This document shows, in pieces, positions 11,046-20,458 of a stretch of 64,000 nt of DNA. Where the stretch lies: the IMG/VR virus record IMGVR_UViG_3300005253_000004, positions 32,001 through 96,000 of that record; one strand, written 5' to 3'. The notes below the pieces were generated by a model. The model saw nothing but the letters and a program-made list of their open reading frames with translations, was not told the DNA's origin and searched no databases. A program made the position numbers and the translations under genes. The DNA comes from a virus. The stretch's first letter is position 1. Each line of letters begins with the position of its first letter.

Positions 11046-11377
11046 TTCTTCTCAATCAGTGCTATGGTCAAGCGGGTAACGACATTATCAAAAGAATCAG
11101 CCTTCCAATAGAAATCAGCAGGCGGGAACTTCTGCATCAACTGCGTTCGTACTTCTACCCAAAGAGTCACCGCTCGCGCGGCTTGTGCTTCGTCTTCAAG
11201 TGTCCGCTCCATAAACTCCTCTAAGAACTCAACAGATTTTGCTTGCATTTCCAGGAAGACAGCGCGCCAATCATCCTGCTTATCAGGAGGACAATTGATA
11301 ACCTTGACATGCTTACCTTTAGGAGTGTTATCACCGTTGGCGATATCAATTATTATAGTGTCTTCTTCGTTGCTCAT
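11042..11377 (-). CDS. hypothetical protein
   Basis: Start re-called at MSNEED (GAGGAG RBS). Confidence 0.65.
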   Translation of the reverse strand: MSNEEDTIIIDIANGDNTPKGKHVKVINCPPDKQDDWRAVFLEMQAKSVEFLEEFMERTLEDEAQAARAVTLWVEVRTQLMQKFPPADFYWKADSFDNVVTRLTIALIEKK

Positions 11378-11598
11378 TTCATTAAACTCCTCTCTTCTTC
11401 TATCTTTTCTATCTTTTCTATCTTTTCTATCTTTTCTACCGACAGTTTGCAAACACGAATAGATTCCACCTTTCGAGTTGTGCCAAACTTCTTCGCTGCC
11501 TCATAGAGACTAGTGGCTTGCACATGTTCTATACCCTTCTTCTTAATTCTAGCCTTCTGTTGCGACCAGCTAATTGAATAGATTTTAAACAGCTTCAT
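11374..11598 (-). CDS. small hypothetical protein with EKI repeats
   Basis: 74 aa ORF coupled to neighbours. Confidence 0.6.
   Translation of the reverse strand: MKLFKIYSISWSQQKARIKKKGIEHVQATSLYEAAKKFGTTRKVESIRVCKLSVEKIEKIEKIEKIEEERSLMK
11398..11438. repeat. 9-bp tandem repeat (TTCTATCTT) x4.5
   Basis: Direct reading; encodes (EKI)4. Confidence 0.95.
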
Positions 11599-11794
11599 TC
11601 TTTATATCTTTTATACTTACATCTACTTCAAACTTATCACTAATTGATATTGCAAGTATTTTCATTGAAGGGAAACGTACCTTACTTAAAACAAAAGCAT
11701 CTTCAAAAGTCTCAGCAAGAAGATTAAGTGAACGTTCGTTGTCTGTGTCATCAGCAGCATTTTCTATACGATACTTTACACTATACATCTTCAT
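11585..11794 (-). CDS. small hypothetical protein
   Basis: 69 aa, ATGA overlap, AT-rich. Confidence 0.6.
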   Translation of the reverse strand: MKMYSVKYRIENAADDTDNERSLNLLAETFEDAFVLSKVRFPSMKILAISISDKFEVDVSIKDIKNEAV

Positions 11795-12891
11795 TTCCTT
11801 AGCTCCTCTCCTATCTTTCTACGTTCAGGGGTTACTTCTTTCTGCTTTTCGTACTCTCTGATTGCATCGGGGATGTGGAGTTTGTCGCTACTAAGGGGTT
11901 GCAGCCGGTCAACCTCCTCTAGTTTCACGACAAACTCCACGGATCTTGCACCTGCCCCCGTAAACTCTTCTCGTAGTTCTTCTTGAGACGAGTGGTCGTA
12001 GTTAACGACTCGTATAAAATTCCCTTCGAACCAATCCTTCCTAAGGTTTTGACCCAAGGCTCCGAAACCCAAGGCACCGGCACTCCCTAAGTCCACGGTT
12101 ACGAACCTCGGAGCGTCAATCTTGATGAACTCCTGCTCGCCTGTGTCTGTATCATAGATGATGAAGCCTTTATCATCCCCCTCATCAGCCCAGTTCAATT
12201 GAAGCGGAGACCCTATGACCGTGGTCTTGTCCGTCACCTTCATATGTCCGTGATAATGCCCTGCGAATACATGCTGTATCCCATCAGGGATCATGTCCGT
12301 ATTGAACGCCGAGCCGGGTACGAACCCCGACTTCATAGGCACGCCGTCGATCCCAGCATGCATGAAGCAGATAGTAGGTAAACCGGCGAGGCCTTTGGAG
12401 TGTGTCTTTTCCTCTGCCTTCTTGAAGAACTCCTTGATTACCTCAACGTCCTCAGTGTAAGGCAGGTAGCTGAGCCGCCTAGGCAGACCATTGAACTCAT
12501 TGTGACCTTGCACATCCATGACGTTGACACCCAACGACTCTAGCCAGTGCATGGCGTGGGTGTTCATAGTCTTATCCGCTGTGTCGTGGTTGCCCACGAG
12601 AGCAGACGCATGGAAGGGTTTGTCGTGATACTGCATGATTGTCTCCCACCCCACGTACGCCACCCTCAACACACCGGCGTCTATCTTCCCATGGGTGTGG
12701 AACAGGTCACCACAGAACACAATCTCATCTACAGGGTTGTCTTTAAGGTAAGCACAGACCTGCTCAAACACCTTGAACCCATCAAGCAGCCTAGAGTTTA
12801 TACTCTTGAAGTTCCAAGGGTCGTAGTCCACTATACTGGACCCATAGACGTGGTTGTGAAGGTGAAGGTCGCTGAAGATTAGGATTCTCAT
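11791..12891 (-). CDS. SbcD/Mre11/gp47-like metallophosphoesterase nuclease
   Basis: SDLH, GDLFH, GNHD, GHYH motifs. Confidence 0.92.
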   Translation of the reverse strand: MRILIFSDLHLHNHVYGSSIVDYDPWNFKSINSRLLDGFKVFEQVCAYLKDNPVDEIVFCGDLFHTHGKIDAGVLRVAYVGWETIMQYHDKPFHASALVGNHDTADKTMNTHAMHWLESLGVNVMDVQGHNEFNGLPRRLSYLPYTEDVEVIKEFFKKAEEKTHSKGLAGLPTICFMHAGIDGVPMKSGFVPGSAFNTDMIPDGIQHVFAGHYHGHMKVTDKTTVIGSPLQLNWADEGDDKGFIIYDTDTGEQEFIKIDAPRFVTVDLGSAGALGFGALGQNLRKDWFEGNFIRVVNYDHSSQEELREEFTGAGARSVEFVVKLEEVDRLQPLSSDKLHIPDAIREYEKQKEVTPERRKIGEELRK

Positions 12892-12976
12892 AGTTGACTC
12901 AATTCAAGCGCGATGAAGAACAACCACAAGCACACCCACCATGCCCGAGAGTACATCTTATCGAACTGCTCGTCAG

Positions 12977-13321
12977 TCATATGGCCCTCTCCAGAAAGAC
13001 AAGTGTTGTTTCAATTCCATAGCTATGGAAGCGATAAAGCGCTTGGAGTCCTTGGGGTGCTGAAGTGTGGCACTGCTCACACACGATATCGTAGAGGGTA
13101 CCCTTCCCTTCTTCATTCTCGTAGTTAATGTAATAATGAGCCATCCTATACGTGTTGAAATTAGAACACTTATGAATGAAATAAGACTTCATGGTAGTGT
13201 TACTCCAAGAAGTTGGTATCCCATAAAGGCCCCAGCTTCCATCAACATAGAGTTCAAATTGCTTTATATTGCCTATATCTGACATCGTTTGGAAGAGGTT
13301 GAAACTGGTAGGTTTCCTCAT
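12977..13321 (-). CDS. paralogous Zn-finger family member
   Basis: DGSWGL..FIHKC..CEQCHTSAPQGLQALY. Confidence 0.75.
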   Translation of the reverse strand: MRKPTSFNLFQTMSDIGNIKQFELYVDGSWGLYGIPTSWSNTTMKSYFIHKCSNFNTYRMAHYYINYENEEGKGTLYDIVCEQCHTSAPQGLQALYRFHSYGIETTLVFLERAI

Positions 13322-14376
13322 TCAAGCCCCCGACCCCACCGAGTCATGCACCCATCCTCGATGCACCAATCGATCCACTCTGTATACGCCTTGTCGATCC
13401 CGCCCCGACTGAACACTACATCAGGCCAAGCAACCCTGGCGAACTCCTCATCGTATAGCTTGTAAGCCTGAGAGCCTTTCTTATGCTCCACCCATCCGGA
13501 CTTGATCGCGGCACGGAGTAGACTCTCAGTCGTGTCGAAGCCCACCGTGTTGAGCAGCGGGGTGTCCTGCACCTCAGGATAGTCTAATTGTGATCCTTTC
13601 AGCTTTTCTATTTTAAGGCTGATCTTCTGACCGAGCCGTTTGATCTTGTCCTTGTCCGTGATCCACCCTGCATGCTTCATCGAACAACGTACAGTAGCGG
13701 CAAGCTTGATGGAGTGCCCCCCAGAGGAGTCACTCTGCTTGGCGTACTTATTGGCTGTGATGTTGGCTGTCGCATGATTGATCATGAACAAGTTAATGTT
13801 GAGTCCAGCGATGTCAGGCTGGATACGACGGATACCACCACGGATAGTCTTGGCATCTTGTGCGATCTTCTCAATCTCGCCGATGGTCTTAGCCTTCATG
13901 CCTTCAGTAGCAGCGCCAGTAACAGAGTCAACCACAATGACCAGCGGCTTGCCATCGTTGTCTTCTTCTCTTGCCTCTAGGATGTACTGGATCTGTCGGA
14001 ACATGGCGTCTACTGAGTCGGGATCACCAATACCTAAATGATAGTCAGGGTCTACACCGCAGTCCATCGCTCGTAGTTCATCCCACGACTTCTCTGTATC
14101 AAGGAACCACGCGCTACCCCCCATACGCTGCGCTTCAGCGATGGCATGATAACCTAGTGTTGTCTTACCACTGTGCTCAAATCCGAATAATTCAACACAC
14201 CGGCCTGCAGGCCAGCCCGGTTTGCCCATGTTAAAATCTAATTCAGGCAAGCCAGTACGAATACTCCAGGGGATGTTACTCTTGATGTTGATGTCGCCCG
14301 GTTTGAACACGGCTGTGTTGGAATCTTTCTTTGTCTTCTTAGACACCGCTTTGAACATGTTGTCGAAGCTACCCAT
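13318..14376 (-). CDS. recA: RecA/UvsX recombinase
   Basis: GWPAGRCVELFGFEHSGKTT, VIVVDSV, SSGG; start re-called. Confidence 0.92.
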   Translation of the reverse strand: MGSFDNMFKAVSKKTKKDSNTAVFKPGDINIKSNIPWSIRTGLPELDFNMGKPGWPAGRCVELFGFEHSGKTTLGYHAIAEAQRMGGSAWFLDTEKSWDELRAMDCGVDPDYHLGIGDPDSVDAMFRQIQYILEAREEDNDGKPLVIVVDSVTGAATEGMKAKTIGEIEKIAQDAKTIRGGIRRIQPDIAGLNINLFMINHATANITANKYAKQSDSSGGHSIKLAATVRCSMKHAGWITDKDKIKRLGQKISLKIEKLKGSQLDYPEVQDTPLLNTVGFDTTESLLRAAIKSGWVEHKKGSQAYKLYDEEFARVAWPDVVFSRGGIDKAYTEWIDWCIEDGCMTRWGRGLE

Positions 14377-14389
14377 ATAATCTCCCAGC

Positions 14390-14434
14390 GGAAAAGCGGG
14401 GGTGGCCTCCGATTTCAGAGGCCCCACCCCCGCT
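14390..14434 (-). terminator. GC-rich hairpin with short U tail after SSB gene
   Basis: AGCGGGGGTGG..GGCCTCTGAAATCGGAGGCC..ACCCCCGCT TTT. Confidence 0.7.
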
Positions 14435-14439
14435 AGACC

Positions 14440-15174
14440 CTATTCTACCACAGCTTCCTGGGTAGCATTGTCCGACTTCGCGTACACATCCGCCAGCTCA
14501 TCATAAGAGAGCGGAGGGTATATCTCAGTCAGATCAGTGGGTTCACCGAAGTCCACGCCCTTCGCCGCGACCTGATCCACGATGTTGGAACGTGTAGGCA
14601 CGCCCATGACCGAGTACTCAGTATCGAACCGACCCTTGCCGGTGCGTGTGACCCGCAGCTCGACACCGTTGGTGATATTGGAGATGTCCCCCCAATCACC
14701 AGCCGGATCGTTGTCGAACTCCATGAACTGCTTGAACACCATCGACCCTGACTTGACAACGAAGATACCGTCAGCTAGAGTCTTGCCGTCCGGGCTACTG
14801 TATACACAGGCGTTGTACAAGTAGGCTTGTTTCGCGTACAGTTTCTTAGCCTTCTTGATGTTTATATCTCCCTTCGCCTCGTACAGTTCCTTACCTACCT
14901 CACAGATAGGACACTCGCTGTCGTCAATCGAAGTAGGACAAGTGACCGTCCCGTACTTCCCATCAGTCCTGAGCCCGTGCTCTTTGTACGCACGGAACCA
15001 CGACTTGGCTCCCTTGACCGGAGGGAGGATACGAAGATGGGTCATCCCCGCCTTCAGGAAGAGGGTCTTCCCATCGCCTCCATCTCTGATCTTCTTGGAC
15101 TCTTCATATGCCTCACGCTGAAAGTCCGGGTCCACCTCACCAAAGCCTGCGGGCAGGCCATTCTCATCTACCAT
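14440..15174 (-). CDS. gp32-like single-stranded DNA-binding protein
   Basis: LRILPP, H..CP...CPIC, G..L..TR.G....T.Y, acidic tail; next to recA. Confidence 0.8.
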   Translation of the reverse strand: MVDENGLPAGFGEVDPDFQREAYEESKKIRDGGDGKTLFLKAGMTHLRILPPVKGAKSWFRAYKEHGLRTDGKYGTVTCPTSIDDSECPICEVGKELYEAKGDINIKKAKKLYAKQAYLYNACVYSSPDGKTLADGIFVVKSGSMVFKQFMEFDNDPAGDWGDISNITNGVELRVTRTGKGRFDTEYSVMGVPTRSNIVDQVAAKGVDFGEPTDLTEIYPPLSYDELADVYAKSDNATQEAVVE

Positions 15175-15370
15175 TATCTTCCTCCTTATCTATGGATGTA
15201 GCAAGAATCCTTTCAATGTCAGCCACAGCCTCCCAGCGGGAATTGAACCCTATAGAAGGACCGTGGGTTTGTCCTGAAGAGTCAAGAAAAACCCAATGAA
15301 ACTGTCCTGCTTTCCCTTCGTAGGGGCCTCCGTAATCTTCGTAGATTTCTATCGATAATGCAATACCCAT
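15164..15370 (-). CDS. small hypothetical protein
   Basis: GAGGAG RBS, downstream of promoter. Confidence 0.65.
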   Translation of the reverse strand: MGIALSIEIYEDYGGPYEGKAGQFHWVFLDSSGQTHGPSIGFNSRWEAVADIERILATSIDKEEDNGR

Positions 15371-15420
15371 ATCTTCTCCTCATTCAGTATCGCCGTCGTT
15401 GGCGAATTGGTTATGCTCCA

Positions 15421-15449
15421 ATTATAGCTTTTCTTTCAAACTTTTGCAA
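15421..15449 (-). promoter_or_regulatory. conserved phage promoter copy 2
   Basis: TTGCAA AAGTTTGAAAGAAAAGC TATAAT. Confidence 0.85.
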
Positions 15450-15450
15450 C

Positions 15451-16161
15451 CTACTCCAATGGGCTATTTAGGACCCGAATCTCCTCCTTCTGCTTGTAGC
15501 ATAGGGCTATAGCCAGGGATGCCATCTCTCGCAGGGCCCTGTAGAAGCCATCAACCATGGTGTATTGAGCCTGTGCCTTGTATGAGGCGTGGCGGGCCTC
15601 AGTCACCTCATCCTGTATAGAGATATGCTCTCGGATGCCAGCCTCCGTGATCTTCAGCTTGTTCTGAGCAGCTTCGACCCTAAGTGCCTGTGCCACCTCA
15701 GCTTCTAGCACCTCCACATCGTTCTTCTTACGAGAGGTGTAGGCATGGCACTCGGCGGCTACTTCAGCGTAACGTGCAATACGCTTAGGTAACGCGCACA
15801 TGTCCTTGTTAAGGGTTTCATCGCTGAGAGCTAGGTCGCTGTCGATGTCTAGCTCCACTGCATTAGCGACCCACTGCCCGTCTTCTAAGTATTCTACTGT
15901 TACTTCAACCATTGAATTCTCCTTCAGTTGTGGATCAGAGGGTATAAAGACAACACAAGAATTGGGTAGTCTATCGTCCACTGTAATAGGAATCCCTTCA
16001 AAGGTACAGTCTGAGTTAATACCACCTACAGTTACCCCTATTGTTTCTTCGATCTCTTTACCAAGAGTCTCAGACACTACAATCTGGCTGAACTCCTGTT
16101 TTGGGTGGACTCGACACCACACCACTTGTTTTACATTACGAATCTTATCTTCCCAATTCAT
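15451..16161 (-). CDS. UvsY-like recombination mediator (C-terminal helical part; internal start at 15912)
   Basis: Long helical region with KITEAGI..I..DEV pattern; AAGGAG RBS before internal ATG 15912. Confidence 0.6.
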   Translation of the reverse strand: MNWEDKIRNVKQVVWCRVHPKQEFSQIVVSETLGKEIEETIGVTVGGINSDCTFEGIPITVDDRLPNSCVVFIPSDPQLKENSMVEVTVEYLEDGQWVANAVELDIDSDLALSDETLNKDMCALPKRIARYAEVAAECHAYTSRKKNDVEVLEAEVAQALRVEAAQNKLKITEAGIREHISIQDEVTEARHASYKAQAQYTMVDGFYRALREMASLAIALCYKQKEEIRVLNSPLE

Positions 16162-16171
16162 TTACTTCTCC

Positions 16172-16285
16172 TCATTTAGCGTTTAGCTCGGCCTCAGACC
16201 AGCTTTCCCCAACACCTACTTTCATGGTAAACCGCCAGTTGTTTAGCTGGGGTACGGGGCGGCTCGCTATCTCGCGTAACTTATC
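16172..16285 (-). pseudogene. diverged duplicate of the DNA polymerase 3' end (about 37 codons)
   Basis: DKLREIASRPVPQLNNWRFTMKVGVGESWSEAELNAK* versus intact DKLREIASRPVPQLNDWCFTMKVGIGQSWSEAELNAK*; preceded by in-frame TAA. Confidence 0.9.
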
Positions 16286-16295
16286 TTACCATGCC

Positions 16296-16520
16296 TTATC
16301 CGTAGCAGGGGTAGCACCTACTCCCCCCTGTCTCCTGTCCACAGTGGTAGCAGGTAGGAACACGATTCTCGTATTCTTTATGGATCTCTTCCCATCTATG
16401 CTTCAGTAAATCTTGCTGCCATTGTGGTAGTTTGTGGAACTCATTACATGCTCTCTCCACACCAGCCCAGAAGTCCCTGCTCTTCTTCGTACTCATGTCA
16501 CGCTTCAACTTACTTCGCAT
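16296..16520 (-). CDS. small Cys-rich hypothetical protein
   Basis: CYHC..CYPC; lies between the two pol 3' ends. Confidence 0.6.
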   Translation of the reverse strand: MRSKLKRDMSTKKSRDFWAGVERACNEFHKLPQWQQDLLKHRWEEIHKEYENRVPTCYHCGQETGGSRCYPCYG

Positions 16521-19077
16521 TGAGTTCGGCCTCCGACCAACTCTGCCCGATACCCACCTTCATGGTGAAGCACCAGTCATTTAGCTGGGGTACAGGGCGG
16601 CTCGCTATCTCACGTAGCTTATCCTCGAACCAGCCCAGGTGTTCGTTCTTCACCTCAAACAACCCGGAGTCATGCACCGTGATGATGAGGGCCGCTTCCT
16701 CTTCCGTCATGACGCCCGCCTTGATCTGCTCCTCAAGGTATACGTTCATGGCGTTGAGGGTACGGATGGTGACACTTGCGGCCGGTGACTGGATGGTGCC
16801 GTTCACCGCCTGTCGTTCAGCGTTCTCCCTCGCCCACTTATTGCCTGAGTTGAGGGTGCTGCCCATGTGCTTAACCCTACCGAACGGAGTGATGTGGATA
16901 CCAGCGTTGGCTGAGATCTCAGACACCGTGTTGATGAAGTACGTACCCGCAGCAGGGAACCGTTCGTCCAGCGCAGCGTACCCAGCCTGTATCATCTCCT
17001 TCGTCACAGGCCATTCGTTTCCTTCCAAGTCCATCCACGTCAGCTTCAACAGTGAGCGTCCTTCCACCGCACCGTACACCCTACTGAAGTTGACGGGCTT
17101 GGCGAGGTCACGGTTGTGAGCACAGACCTCATGATCCTCAAGCCCCACGAACTGAGCAGCCGTGGCCTTATGGATGTCCTGGCCTGACCGGAAGATCTCC
17201 ATCATGTTCTCGTCACCTGACTTGATGGCAAGGACGACCAGCTCGATCATGCTGTAGTCACCATACACAAGACTGTACCCTTCTTGGGCTATGAACATGT
17301 CCCTCAGGTTGCCCAAGCCTTTCTTGATACGCTCCCGATCAAGGCGAGGGATCTGGTGAAGGAAACCACACGAAGGCCGACCATTAACAGTACCATGCAG
17401 CAGCACACTGATCCTAGCTCTACCATCCGTAGCCCCGCTCATATCCTTGGCGTTGTTCATGTAGGTGCTGATCAACTTGGTGAGCGAGCGGTACCTCATG
17501 AACTCCTCCACTATGGGGAGCTTCTTGATGAGGGGTAGTAGCTTGGACTTGTCAGTACTGTAGCCTTTGGTGGTCTTGGGGGACTCTATATCCCTACCGT
17601 ACCCAGCCTGGATGATGGCCTTGGCTACGTCATCTGACTTGTCTCCGTTGAACTCAGGCCACGTCCGTTCCTTGAGGCTGACAGACAGCGCAGCCTGCTC
17701 CTTCATGAACTCCTTGGTCAGTGTGTCGATCACATCCGTAGACAGGCAGGTGCCTCTCCACTCAGCCTTCATCATGGTGCGGATGAAGGGATGCACCTCA
17801 TCCGTGTAGAGCTTCCACTGCTCCGGTAGCGCCTTCAGCCTGGAGTAGTACCGGCAGAACAAACGGTAGGTACTCTCAGCATCCTTGGCCCCATAGGGGT
17901 GGAGGATCTTATCAGGTACGTGGTCATAGGTGTTCCGTAGCACCCTGCCGTGGCCTGTGATGTCATGGACTCCCTTGCTGTAGTTGCCTGTGTTCAGCTC
18001 TAGGTCAGCGAGGTACTCAAGGTCATGCGGCGGGTGCTCCCAGAGGATGTGATGCATCAGCAGGGTGTCGAACAGGAAGCCCTTGGTCTCTATGCCGAGG
18101 TGTTTCCTCATCACGCACATGTCGTACTTGATGTTGTGGGCAACCTTCGGGATGTTGGGATCCTCAAAGATCTCCTTCAGCATCTCAATAACCATCTCTC
18201 TACCGTGGTGATCCCAAGTAGGCTTCAGCTTCCAGTCCGTGCCGTCCGGGTCATGGTTGTATAGCGGCAGCACCGCTACGGTACGCCTTGGTTGATCGTA
18301 CCCCCAGCAGAACTGCAAGCAGATTAGAGGTTGCTCGCTCCAAGGTAGGCCTCGTGACTCAGAGTCAAAGGCAAACATGCCTTTCTCTTTTATCTCCCCA
18401 ATCATCCAGGCCAGATCATATTTATCTTCGATCAGCTTGTAGTCCACGTCCTGCTGGTCAGGGTTAACGAGGCCACCCTCAACCACAGCCTTGGCGAGGA
18501 TCAGGTCCTTGACCATCGTGCCCTGGAGGCGAGGGTCAGGGTTCATATACAGGGCGTTAGGATCCGTCGTGACCATGAGCTTGTACACCTTGTCATTGGT
18601 GTCGTCATGAGGAAAAGCTTTCTCAATGATCTTCCCATGCAGCTTATTGACCCCACCCTCACCCATAAGATTAAAGGCTCTGAGGGTAGCTGCCCCCATG
18701 AGGATCACCACGTCCGGGTCGACGGCCTTCAGCTCATCGGCAAGGTGACCAGAACAAAACTTAATTTCCTGCACCGAAGGTGGGCGTTTTGGAGGACAGC
18801 ATTTTACCAATCCTGTCACGTAGACATCGCTGAGGGCTATGGTTGCGAGGTCCAAAAGCTCACCAAGCTTCTCGACGTTCCGCCCTTTACCTATAGTAAT
18901 GGTGTCCTTATTGTCCGGAGCCTTGACAACGACCATTATCTTGGTCTTAGAAGGGGGCTCAGGCTTTGCTGACGGCACCGTGTCGCATCTTCCTCCACTA
19001 CACTGGACCCACTTAGTCAACTCGCCCAATTTACAGGCTGGAGAGCCGCCTAGGGCTTTCTTACAGCTTTCTGTCAT
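16510..19077 (-). CDS. polA: family A DNA polymerase with N-terminal UDG-like domain
   Basis: VKCCPP..EIKFC..L..EL (family-4 UDG fold); FDSE, HNIKYD, YGAKDA (exo); DYSMIEL, KPVNFSRVYG, NGTIQS, VHDS. Confidence 0.93.
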   Translation of the reverse strand: MTESCKKALGGSPACKLGELTKWVQCSGGRCDTVPSAKPEPPSKTKIMVVVKAPDNKDTITIGKGRNVEKLGELLDLATIALSDVYVTGLVKCCPPKRPPSVQEIKFCSGHLADELKAVDPDVVILMGAATLRAFNLMGEGGVNKLHGKIIEKAFPHDDTNDKVYKLMVTTDPNALYMNPDPRLQGTMVKDLILAKAVVEGGLVNPDQQDVDYKLIEDKYDLAWMIGEIKEKGMFAFDSESRGLPWSEQPLICLQFCWGYDQPRRTVAVLPLYNHDPDGTDWKLKPTWDHHGREMVIEMLKEIFEDPNIPKVAHNIKYDMCVMRKHLGIETKGFLFDTLLMHHILWEHPPHDLEYLADLELNTGNYSKGVHDITGHGRVLRNTYDHVPDKILHPYGAKDAESTYRLFCRYYSRLKALPEQWKLYTDEVHPFIRTMMKAEWRGTCLSTDVIDTLTKEFMKEQAALSVSLKERTWPEFNGDKSDDVAKAIIQAGYGRDIESPKTTKGYSTDKSKLLPLIKKLPIVEEFMRYRSLTKLISTYMNNAKDMSGATDGRARISVLLHGTVNGRPSCGFLHQIPRLDRERIKKGLGNLRDMFIAQEGYSLVYGDYSMIELVVLAIKSGDENMMEIFRSGQDIHKATAAQFVGLEDHEVCAHNRDLAKPVNFSRVYGAVEGRSLLKLTWMDLEGNEWPVTKEMIQAGYAALDERFPAAGTYFINTVSEISANAGIHITPFGRVKHMGSTLNSGNKWARENAERQAVNGTIQSPAASVTIRTLNAMNVYLEEQIKAGVMTEEEAALIITVHDSGLFEVKNEHLGWFEDKLREIASRPVPQLNDWCFTMKVGIGQSWSEAELNAK

Positions 19078-19570
19078 CTGATCTCTCCTTCGTTCTTACC
19101 CTGTGGCAGTTGGAGCAGATTAGGTCACACTTAGCCACCTCTTCTTCTACCTCTTTAATAGTCTCCGGAGTAGCCCGCAGTGAGCCTTTTGTACCCACTC
19201 CGAACTTCTTAGTCTCTTCAGGACGGTGGTCAAAATCCATAGCACAGAAAGGAAGCACCCCACCGCAGTCAGCACAAGGTAAACCCTCGTACTTGTTGAT
19301 TAAATAACCTTGTATGTTCCTACGTTCTTCTCTATTCTTATCATGGTGACTTACTCTGTACTGTTTGGTACAAACGTGGCAGGCGCGTCGCTTCCACTTT
19401 CCCCTAATATCCTCAAAAGAATCAAGAGGTTTCTCAGTTTTGCACACCCTACAGAGTCGTACCCCTTCATTCTGAGCTTCCTCACGGCAGGAGTCAGAGC
19501 AGTATTTCTGCTTACTGTGACTGGTCTTGTACACTACGCAGCACTGATGGCAGCGTTTTTCTAGCTTCAC
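19061..19570 (-). CDS. HNH-type endonuclease
   Basis: CADC..MDFDH...EVAKCDLICSNCHRVRT; GTG start re-called. Confidence 0.8.
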   Translation of the reverse strand: MKLEKRCHQCCVVYKTSHSKQKYCSDSCREEAQNEGVRLCRVCKTEKPLDSFEDIRGKWKRRACHVCTKQYRVSHHDKNREERRNIQGYLINKYEGLPCADCGGVLPFCAMDFDHRPEETKKFGVGTKGSLRATPETIKEVEEEVAKCDLICSNCHRVRTKERSDDRKL

Positions 19571-19818
19571 TGCCCTCTCCTTCTCAGTTCTAGCCAAATA
19601 TGGAGCCTCAGGAAGGGCTTCAGCAGCCACCTCACCCACTTCAGCTTCGTTATAGTCCACGCTGTGCTGGCCTTAGAGGCCCGCTCATAAGTCCCTACTA
19701 CGGTCCCTGGTGTGAGCTTCCCACAATGAGGGCAACACCCGTGGCTACCCATCATCTGGTGGTACGACAGTTTCTTGTCGCACTCCATACAGAAGTATTC
19801 TTTCTTCCACCTACTCAT
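19567..19818 (-). CDS. zinc-ribbon protein
   Basis: CMEC..CPHC; start re-called at MSRWKK. Confidence 0.65.
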   Translation of the reverse strand: MSRWKKEYFCMECDKKLSYHQMMGSHGCCPHCGKLTPGTVVGTYERASKASTAWTITKLKWVRWLLKPFLRLHIWLELRRRGQ

Positions 19819-19988
19819 CCGCCTCTCTCCTCTGGGCAGCACCCACACCCACACTGGCATGCCTCATGGTCAGGGATTATCAGGCCACAAGTACACATAG
19901 GATCACGCTTACACTGGAGCCATTCGACACAGCGGCAGAAGTATTCCCCTGGGCTGGTGTATCTACAAGTAAGCTTAAGCTCGCTCAT
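19815..19988 (-). CDS. 57-aa Cys-rich metallothionein-like protein
   Basis: Manual: MSELKLTCRYTSPGEYFCRCVEWLQCKRDPMCTCGLIIPDHEACQCGCGCCPEERGG; ATGA-coupled at both ends. Confidence 0.7.
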   Translation of the reverse strand: MSELKLTCRYTSPGEYFCRCVEWLQCKRDPMCTCGLIIPDHEACQCGCGCCPEERGG

Positions 19989-20458
19989 CTGAGGACCGTA
20001 TCCAATAGAATATCTCTCTTCGCCACAATGAAAGAGCCGTCTTCAAACCCATAGGTCTCATCATACCTCGCCAACACGTACCCTTCAGTGTCTTGGGTTA
20101 TGATGACTCTGTAATATTCCACTGTCGTTGCACACACGTTATTATCAGCCATAGCCTGCGCCAGGACGGCCTCCTCTTCGTTCATCGGCGCCCCACCTCT
20201 CTGATAGGCTTCATGCTCAGTTATCAACCGCTGCCACAGATTGAGCTGCTTAACAGACGGAGCACCAAGGTCAGATGAAAAGCATAGCTCAGCCCCTGCT
20301 ACGATGATACCAGTGTCCTTGACGAAGGGCTTGTACTCCTGGCCCTTGACAGCAATAGGGCCTAGGATGAGAAGGCCTGAGATGAGGCCGAACAGTAAGA
20401 ACCATGACTCAAAAGATACCTTCGGTGCCCTGTGTTCTCGTAGTCTACTTCCGTTCAT
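19985..20458 (-). CDS. membrane-anchored hypothetical protein
   Basis: N-terminal hydrophobic helix; GGAGG RBS. Confidence 0.7.
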   Translation of the reverse strand: MNGSRLREHRAPKVSFESWFLLFGLISGLLILGPIAVKGQEYKPFVKDTGIIVAGAELCFSSDLGAPSVKQLNLWQRLITEHEAYQRGGAPMNEEEAVLAQAMADNNVCATTVEYYRVIITQDTEGYVLARYDETYGFEDGSFIVAKRDILLDTVLR

